DNA of 64,000 nucleotides from Xanthobacteraceae bacterium (GTDB lineage Bacteria; Pseudomonadota; Alphaproteobacteria; Rhizobiales; Xanthobacteraceae): NCBI GenBank assembly GCA_004297465.1, contig SCUB01000020.1, positions 38,183 to 102,182 of the forward strand, read 5' to 3'. Shown piece by piece: positions 57,898 to 64,000 of this stretch (position 1 is its first letter; each line of letters starts with the position of its first letter). The notes under the pieces were generated by a model. It saw only the letters and a program-made list of their open reading frames with translations, ran no database searches and was not told where the DNA came from. The position numbers and the translations under genes were made by a program.

Positions 57898-58140
57898 CTA
57901 TTCTGGATCGACGGTGTATTCGCGTTTGAGTAGCAGAAGAGCCTTGAACGTCTCCTGGGCGCGAAAGGCCGGATCTTCAAAATCCATGACGATTTTCACA
58001 GCGCCATCGACATTGCCGCTCGCTGCACACAGATCGGCAGCCTTGGCATAGCTTGTTGCTTCTTCCAGCAATGCGCGGATTTGGATGAGCCAGCGCCTGG
58101 CTAGCAATTCAGCTGCGGCAGTCTCGGCGTGCGTGTCCAT
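57898..58140 (-). CDS. hypothetical small protein
   Basis: ORF with a GGAGG RBS before the ATG at 58140. No family recognised. Confidence 0.45.
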   Translation of the reverse strand: MDTHAETAAAELLARRWLIQIRALLEEATSYAKAADLCAASGNVDGAVKIVMDFEDPAFRAQETFKALLLLKREYTVDPE

Positions 58141-58268
58141 GTGACCTCCCTTGTTGGTCACCACACACGCTCCATTTGCCGCCAAAGTCGAGAGATATTC
58201 CGAGCAATCCTATAGCTTTGTCGCAAGGCTCTGGATCATCTTGTGATCAAGGGCGATGAGAGTGCCGA

Positions 58269-58589
58269 TCAGCCCCGCGCGGCGACTAATTTCTTGGTTT
58301 TAGCCTTCTCAGGTTTGACCTTCTTAGCCCGGCTAACCTTACGCCCGGGCCTGAGCACTTGCGGTTTGGGCGCACCCCGGGGTGGCTGAACAAACAGTTC
58401 CCCGATGGACACATTAAGAACCTTGGCCAAGCGTTCCAGGACATCGACAGTGGGATTATGGGTTTGGCGCTCGATGCCGCCGGTATAGGCCCGGTCCACG
58501 CCGGCATCGAAGGCGAGGCGTTCCTGGGAGATGTCGCGCTCCACCCGGATCCGCCGCAGATTCCATGCCACCAATGCCCGCGCTTTCAT
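58269..58589 (-). CDS. XRE-family helix-turn-helix transcriptional regulator with a Lys-rich tail
   Basis: NLRRIR.E..ISQE.LA..AGVDR.Y.G.IER....P.V.VLE.LA.VL.V...ELF, the canonical HTH_XRE pattern. Confidence 0.8.
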   Translation of the reverse strand: MKARALVAWNLRRIRVERDISQERLAFDAGVDRAYTGGIERQTHNPTVDVLERLAKVLNVSIGELFVQPPRGAPKPQVLRPGRKVSRAKKVKPEKAKTKKLVAARG

Positions 58590-58698
58590 TAACAAAAGCA
58601 AGCATTTGGAAGTACATTAAACCACTGGATATATACAACACATTATGGCAACGTGGCCCAGCACCGCGCCTTTGGCATGTGAGAAATTCTGGGATGGT

Positions 58699-59361
58699 AT
58701 GAGAATGAAAAAGATCCTTTTTATCGTAGCTGTTATTTGCGTTCTTATATTTGTAGTTCTGAAGCAAAAAGATCGCCTCGGCTTTACGCCGGAAGCTCAA
58801 CAGACAAGCCAAGAGTCATCAGCTGAACAGGATGAGAATTCTCTGTCCGCTGCGATCCAACTGAACGCTCAATGGGAAGAGACATTCGACAAAACGGGAA
58901 AATTCCCGGATCGACAAGATCCAGCATTTCATACGAAATTTGTAGAATTGCTGGCGTTTATTTCTCCGCGAAGTCCAAGTTACGCTGCGGCCCAAGCGCT
59001 TCGGGAAAAATTTGAAGTAAGACAAAAGAAAATAAATAACATTCTTGCTGCACAACGCAGGGATGCGATTAAGGCAGATTCTGAGGGAAGGGTAAGAGTT
59101 GCGAATACATTTGAAGAGACATTTCTAAAAAAAGGTCTTGATGTAAGTATCACTGTTTCGGGGCGAAAAAATACCACGCTAGAAATCAGTTACGTGCTGA
59201 TGAACCGTCCCTTGGTCTACAAAATTACGAATGAGTTTGGTTTTCTAGAACGTGCATGGAACTTAGGATTTGAGAAAGTCATTCTTTCGAATGGATATGG
59301 CCTGTACACTAATCGATGGGTTTATGAAGTGCCAAAGAGTTGGTTGATCCAGCCCTATTGA
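58699..59361 (+). CDS. hypothetical membrane-anchored protein (very AT-rich orphan)
   Basis: N-terminal TM/signal anchor MRMKKILFIVAVICVLIFVVL. Long open frame in AT-rich DNA, where random ORFs are rare. No family recognised. Confidence 0.55.
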   Translation: MRMKKILFIVAVICVLIFVVLKQKDRLGFTPEAQQTSQESSAEQDENSLSAAIQLNAQWEETFDKTGKFPDRQDPAFHTKFVELLAFISPRSPSYAAAQALREKFEVRQKKINNILAAQRRDAIKADSEGRVRVANTFEETFLKKGLDVSITVSGRKNTTLEISYVLMNRPLVYKITNEFGFLERAWNLGFEKVILSNGYGLYTNRWVYEVPKSWLIQPY

Positions 59362-59756
59362 AGTATTTCTTCCGCCCTGAATTCGACTGGGACGTGAACC
59401 CATAAATCTGCCTGTCGGACGGCTTGCCAGAGTCCGCTATGCACCAAAAGGCGACCAAATTCTGCAGCGCAGCTAAATGGCGCTATGTGCCAGACCAGAT
59501 ATGGTGACGATCACGCGGTCACCTCATCTGCGGTGAGTTTTCGCCCAAGCAATTATCGAGCTGCGCGATTTAGGATCTCGTCAACGCGATAGCTTCTTCA
59601 ACGTGGTCATGGCTTGTGGAGCGGATTGCCAACATTGAAAAGAACCTGGATCAGACCAGGGCCGCTGAGCAAACATTGCATAAGCTATTTATCGGATTTC
59701 ATGAGCAGATTCTTGCTCATGAGAACACTGGCATCGTCAAAAATTGATTGAAGCGG

Positions 59757-61232
59757 TTATCGCATGAAATTTGATAGGTTCAAATGAAGAACCTTGACAT
59801 CAAGCTGATTTGTTTTCGATCGAATATCCGCCCGTTCGGGTCGTTTGTAACGTCGAGCAAAGCTGATCGCGTTAGATGAATTACAGAGCACCTGAGTCAG
59901 CGCGTCGACAAAATCGTCATTCTTACTTTCTGGGAACGTGACGATCTCATCGCGAAACTCTTTAAGGCCAGGTGCCGTTGCAACATAAAATACGTTGCCG
60001 CGCTCAATCATTGGCGCAATGTGCGCAGCATTATCCTGTTTGCTTCTCCTTGCAACGGTTGGCCACACGTAATTATAGCCATCGACTTTGAATTGTTGGC
60101 ATAAGCCTCGTCCAACCCCACCACCATCAATAACAATCAAATCAGGTCTATGGATTTGATCTAGTTCTACAATTTTGTTTCTGACCTTGGTCAGGTCATG
60201 CTGAAACCGATGGGCCGCGATAATATACCAACAGCCGTCGCGATGACCCAATAAGAGCATCGCCGTATAATTCCCACCGCCTTCTGTTGCCGCAACATCA
60301 ACACTCATAACGAGTTCGGAACAAGCGGGTGGTGCCTCACACGGTAAAAACCATTTCCAGTGAAATAGGCCGCCTTCCTGAGGTATAGGGTTCTGCTGGT
60401 ATTGTGCTTCGAAATTGCGCGTGCCGAGTTTTTGTCGAAGGCTCTCTATTTCTTTGGCTCCATATCGCTGAGGCTGCAAATATTCTCCGGCGCGATAAAT
60501 GTATTTTTTGTTTTCGCGAATCTCATAACTGAAATCTCGTTCGGCATATGCTGGAATTATTAGTGTTGTGACGTCATTAAAATTCATGAACGTGTCTGCA
60601 AGATCATCCACCCCGATGCGTTGCATCACCATGACAATGCCGCCCTTCTTCGGATCATCGAGCCGCGAAAGAGCTGTATTCAGGAGCCAATCTTTTGTCT
60701 TTTTTCGAGATGCCTCGCTGTCAATTTCTGATGGTTTGTTCGGATCATCGATAATGAGATAATCGCCACCAAATCCGGTAAGGGCGCCCCCAATGGAAGT
60801 TGCCATCCGATAGCCGTTCTGCGTTGTTTCGAATCGCTCGACGGCATCTTTCGAGGGGTTAATGACAGTGCCAGAAAAGATGCGATGATACCAATCGGAT
60901 CGCATTATGCGACGGGTCTCGTCTGAAAGCTTGTTGGTCAGGGCCTCGCCGTAACTAATGTCGATTATGCGGGCCGACGGCTTACGACCCAGAATGAAGG
61001 CGGGCCAAGCGACCGACACGATCGTTGATTTCAAGCATCGTGGAGGCATCAACACCAATAGATGTTTGATCTCTCGACTCGTAATTTTATTCAGATGATA
61101 TGCAAGGACCTCAATATGCCAATTGGACTCAAATTTTTTTCCCGGGTTCAATTCGTAAAAGCACATTTGGCAAAAAGCCAAGAAATCCCTTCGCAATATT
61201 AAATCAAGAGTACCGCGCTCAGTAGGGCCCAT
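59757..61232 (-). CDS. phage terminase large subunit
   Basis: Walker B-like DYLIIDDP, ATPase N-domain, and C-terminal nuclease-domain signatures including DDFVDALTQ. Preceded by a DUF5681 gene, as in many alphaproteobacterial phages. Confidence 0.75.
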   Translation of the reverse strand: MGPTERGTLDLILRRDFLAFCQMCFYELNPGKKFESNWHIEVLAYHLNKITSREIKHLLVLMPPRCLKSTIVSVAWPAFILGRKPSARIIDISYGEALTNKLSDETRRIMRSDWYHRIFSGTVINPSKDAVERFETTQNGYRMATSIGGALTGFGGDYLIIDDPNKPSEIDSEASRKKTKDWLLNTALSRLDDPKKGGIVMVMQRIGVDDLADTFMNFNDVTTLIIPAYAERDFSYEIRENKKYIYRAGEYLQPQRYGAKEIESLRQKLGTRNFEAQYQQNPIPQEGGLFHWKWFLPCEAPPACSELVMSVDVAATEGGGNYTAMLLLGHRDGCWYIIAAHRFQHDLTKVRNKIVELDQIHRPDLIVIDGGGVGRGLCQQFKVDGYNYVWPTVARRSKQDNAAHIAPMIERGNVFYVATAPGLKEFRDEIVTFPESKNDDFVDALTQVLCNSSNAISFARRYKRPERADIRSKTNQLDVKVLHLNLSNFMR

Positions 61233-61234
61233 GA

Positions 61235-61636
61235 TTATGGCTCCCTCTGTCGCTTTGCGAGCTCTCTCTCAAACCAGTCGTCGAGAATGGATTCCTCATG
61301 TTCATTTAATGAATCTGTAGAGCTGCGATCGTTTAGCTCGTCGATTTCGTCGGCATAGCGCAATACGGTTTCTCGAGGCCGATCGCGGCCCCGTATGGCA
61401 TCATTCACCAGGCCTTTGGCGATCGCTTCGTTCCGGAAAATTGCTTTCTTGACGCCATTTTGCTCAACCACGATTTTGGAGTGCAGCTCCTTCTGGATAG
61501 CTGTTTTGAGACTCTTAGCTCCTTTTGGGCGTCCCTTCGGATTGCCCGATTGTCCTTTCTTGAACTGGGTGTGTCGTTGTGGGTTCTTGTATCCAACATT
61601 CCGCTGTCCTGTGCCTGGTTTGCGTGTCTGAGGCAT
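61235..61636 (-). CDS. DUF5681-domain protein (terminase small subunit-like position)
   Basis: FKKGQSGNPKGRPKG motif typical of DUF5681. Start shares a base with the upstream stop (TAATG). Confidence 0.7.
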   Translation of the reverse strand: MPQTRKPGTGQRNVGYKNPQRHTQFKKGQSGNPKGRPKGAKSLKTAIQKELHSKIVVEQNGVKKAIFRNEAIAKGLVNDAIRGRDRPRETVLRYADEIDELNDRSSTDSLNEHEESILDDWFERELAKRQREP

Positions 61637-63021
61637 TAACGCATCTCCTCTTGCAAGGGCTTCAACTCGTCAAACAATCGACCTGTCGCAACATGGACAG
61701 CTTTCCCGCCAGTCAGGACCTGCCAGCGCCGAATGGTGAGGTCGACATAAAGGGGGTCTAGTTCAATAATCCGCCCGATACGCTGCGTACGTTCGCAGGC
61801 AATCAGCGTGGTGCCGCTTCCGCCAAAGCAATCCAGGATAAGTCCATTACGGTGCGAGCAATCCTGAATCGCATCCATAAACATGGAGCAGGGCTTTACT
61901 GTTGGGTGAATATCAAGAGCCTCACGTCGGTTGGGTCCGGTATTTGCCCCTGGATAATTCCAGACGTTGGTTCGATAGCGACCTCGTTCACCTAGATTGA
62001 AGTTGTTGATGTGAGAGCCAGATCCATTCTTAAATACATAAACGAGCTCATGCTGAGAGCGATAGAATGAGCCCATCCCGGCATTTTCCTTAACCCAGAC
62101 GCAGACGTTCTTCTGTTTGCCAAAAATGGGGTAGGCCGCGATCTGCAGCTCAAGTGAATGCGCGTGGTCCATGAACACATAGATGATCGCACCATCGGGC
62201 GTGACCTGCTTAATGCGCCCAAGGAATCGTCCAAGAAATTCTGCGAATTGCCGTTCGGTCAAATCCCCCGATGCGGCAACAAACTCGCGATGCGATGAAC
62301 GCGAACTGCGTGCATGGCCTGCGATCCGGCAATTGTAAGGCGGATCGGTGATAACCATCTGCACCAGCTCACCTGTGAGCAGCGCGTCGTAGCTTTCCGT
62401 TTCTAATGCGTTACCGCAGAACACGCGGTGCTTGTCGAGAAACCATAAATCGCCAAGCTGTGAAACGGCTTGGTGCCCGAGCGGCGGGAGCGCGTCATCT
62501 TTGTCAACAGTCTCAAAGGCCAGAATTCGGTCAATGTCCGCGCTATCAAAACCGGTAAGGGTTGCATCAAAATCATTGTTGGGGAGTGTGAGCTCTTCCA
62601 GTTCAAGCTTAAGTTGGGGCAAATCCCAGCTGGCAAGCTCAGCAATTCGGTTGTCGGCAATTGCAAACGCGCGTTTTTCAAATTCTGTTAGGTGGGAAAC
62701 GACAATGACGGGAACTTCGTTGAATCCGAGCTCCCGCGCGCAAATAAACCTCGCGTGACCTGCCAGTAGACGTCCGTCGGGGTCGACAACAAGGGGCGCA
62801 AACACTTTAAAGGAAGCAATCGAGCGCCGAAGCGTTGCGATCTTCTTTTGCTTATGGATCCGAGTAGGGCGACTGTTTGTGCGCACCTGATCGATCGACC
62901 GCCATTCGATCGTGGCAGTTCTGAGGAACTGCTCGAGTTCGGAAAACGATTTCCCTGAGTTGTGGCCGATCTTCTCTCGTGATTGGACCAGAAAGCTCCC
63001 GCCAGTAAGTCGCTTAATCAT
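61636..63021 (-). CDS. ParB-like nuclease domain fused to a DNA methyltransferase (N6-adenine/N4-cytosine, DPPY type)
   Basis: N-terminal ParB/Srx-like region (…P.VVD..G.L.AGH.R..A..ELG…VPV). Methylase motif IV VITDPPYN and the C-terminal SAM motif ILDCFGGSGTTLIA. Confidence 0.8.
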   Translation of the reverse strand: MIKRLTGGSFLVQSREKIGHNSGKSFSELEQFLRTATIEWRSIDQVRTNSRPTRIHKQKKIATLRRSIASFKVFAPLVVDPDGRLLAGHARFICARELGFNEVPVIVVSHLTEFEKRAFAIADNRIAELASWDLPQLKLELEELTLPNNDFDATLTGFDSADIDRILAFETVDKDDALPPLGHQAVSQLGDLWFLDKHRVFCGNALETESYDALLTGELVQMVITDPPYNCRIAGHARSSRSSHREFVAASGDLTERQFAEFLGRFLGRIKQVTPDGAIIYVFMDHAHSLELQIAAYPIFGKQKNVCVWVKENAGMGSFYRSQHELVYVFKNGSGSHINNFNLGERGRYRTNVWNYPGANTGPNRREALDIHPTVKPCSMFMDAIQDCSHRNGLILDCFGGSGTTLIACERTQRIGRIIELDPLYVDLTIRRWQVLTGGKAVHVATGRLFDELKPLQEEMR

Positions 63022-63327
63022 CGACAGCCCCTTAAAGATGGCTGTCGAAGGCGATAAGGGCGCGCAACGACAGCCGGTTAAAACCGACCAACCATTTGCG
63101 ACGCCCTCCTTGGCGATGCTTGCAGACTGTCACGCGTCCCGGTGGGACATTGAGCCAAAGGTGGTCTGCCGGACCTCAGGCAAAGAGCGTGTGCGATTAG
63201 AATCGCGATGTAATCAAAATGGTGCAGTTTTCATTATTGTCAACCAAAATATGAATCGTCCAATTTCTTCGACCTAAGGGCATCATTCTCAAACGCGCTT
63301 GGCTTGCCGCTAAGCAAGAGAACGAGA

Positions 63328-63464
63328 TTGCAGTTGATTGCAAAAGGAAACCAAGCGCGATCCGTACAGGTGCCCTAAGGCCGCATATGCCACGGAGGGA
63401 GAATTGCAGTTAACTGCACAATATAAGCTGCCACGCGTAACGGGTAATTTGCAGTTGATTGCAC
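63328..63464. promoter_or_regulatory. three operator-like 16-bp sites: TTGCAGTTGATTGCAA, TTGCAGTTAACTGCAC, TTGCAGTTGATTGCAC
   Basis: Sites at 63328-63343, 63404-63419 and 63449-63464. The middle one contains the perfect 14-bp palindrome TGCAGTTAACTGCA. They lie in the non-coding stretch upstream of the ParB-methylase gene. Confidence 0.55.
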
Positions 63465-64000
63465 AAGGTGACGGCTTGTGCGCCGGTGTCAGTCAAAGGC
63501 CGATAATTTGGTGTAGGAGTGCCGAGATGTGGCGCACCTCGACGCGGGAGGGCATTGAGCGGGCGCCGCGGATCCGGGCGTCTGTGGCCGGCTCAGCGTG
63601 AGGACAGACTCAAATTTCATGGGTTAGACCCACAAGAGGCGTAATCGGACTCGCTTCAGGCCAAATGACGCAGCATGGATGCATGCGCTCCATTAGTTCA
63701 TCATTCGCGTAATGGGCGTTATGGAACAACGGAACGCAGTGCTGTCACTTTCGTGATATGGGTTGAATGGCTCAGCTGCGGCTGTGTGCCCCTGTGCAGC
63801 GGGGTCATGCGTCCACGCCAACTCAACAGCTGAAAAATATCTTAATGCCGGATTGAGCTAATGACAAACGAGCAAACCGACAAAGTGCATCTGAGTCCTG
63901 AGGATCACGCGCGCTTGCGGGAACTTCGCGCACAAAAACCCGCACGACATGCACCTGCGCCAGTACGAACGCGAGGCGCCATATTTGCTGACCGAGTAGC

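Larger units (their letters stand above)
45431..64000. mobile_element. mosaic genomic island adjacent to tRNA-Gln; the right end is beyond the window
   Basis: Abrupt drop in GC (by eye) right after the tRNA 3' end. Contains a decayed LysR fragment, accessory cassettes, a large serine recombinase module and phage-derived genes. No tyrosine integrase and no tRNA-derived direct repeat were seen in the window. Confidence 0.7.

Noticed and set aside
63338-63601. 87-aa plus-strand ORF in the operator region
   Set aside because: TTG start, no RBS, and it is drawn directly across the three palindromic sites. More likely regulatory DNA.
45431-64000. Direct repeat of the tRNA-Gln 3' end marking the far island boundary
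   Set aside because: I scanned by eye for GGTTCGAATCCTCCCGCCCCA-like sequence in the rest of the window and did not find one. The boundary is probably outside the window or the repeat has decayed. This needs a computational search.

Overview
High-GC alphaproteobacterial chromosome segment. Gene content, a NadQ-like regulator and a palindromic REP family that translates as ...VMPGLDPGIH... suggest Rhizobiales, possibly Bradyrhizobiaceae/Nitrobacteraceae-like; this is inference only. Positions 1 to about 45.4 kb are ordinary core genome. They carry a TAXI-TRAP transporter, a SleB-like hydrolase, nadA-nadB-nadC, an MFS transporter, an AcuI-like reductase, a NadQ-like regulator, tag, ygfZ and pyrC. 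They continue with a NUDIX hydrolase, a tightly coupled tsaC-like / FAD oxidase / GDCCVxC gene chain, tRNA-Pro(CGG), ribB, a fatty-acid CoA ligase, an L,D-transpeptidase, corA and pdxH. Further on are an ECF sigma/anti-sigma pair, fabI, aroC, two rRNA methyltransferases, dxs, xseB, an HDAC-like gene, an enoyl-CoA hydratase and an acyl-CoA dehydrogenase. Four clusters of REP elements interrupt this stretch. Directly after tRNA-Gln(UUG) (45356-45430) the composition becomes visibly AT-richer, and a mosaic island runs to the window end (at least 18.5 kb). The most interesting content is a four-gene, translationally coupled operon at 46171-51532. It encodes a ComEC-type MBL hydrolase, a 4-TM protein, a second MBL-like protein ending in a C-terminal Gly, and a 768-aa protein that fuses E2(UBC)-like, E1(ThiF)-like and JAB/JAMM domains. 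No ubiquitin-like gene and no CD-NTase are present, so this looks like an uncharacterised ubiquitin-transferase-like (CBASS-Cap2/Cap3-related) cassette and a candidate defence system. The island also carries a convergent pair of a membrane protein and a DUF2235 (Tle1-like) hydrolase, a DUF3489-DUF2924-large serine recombinase module, an XRE regulator and an AT-rich orphan gene. Its right part holds a truncated phage packaging module (ParB-domain DNA methylase, DUF5681, TerL) and three operator-like palindromes. All functional calls come from recognising motifs in the supplied translations; no database search was possible.
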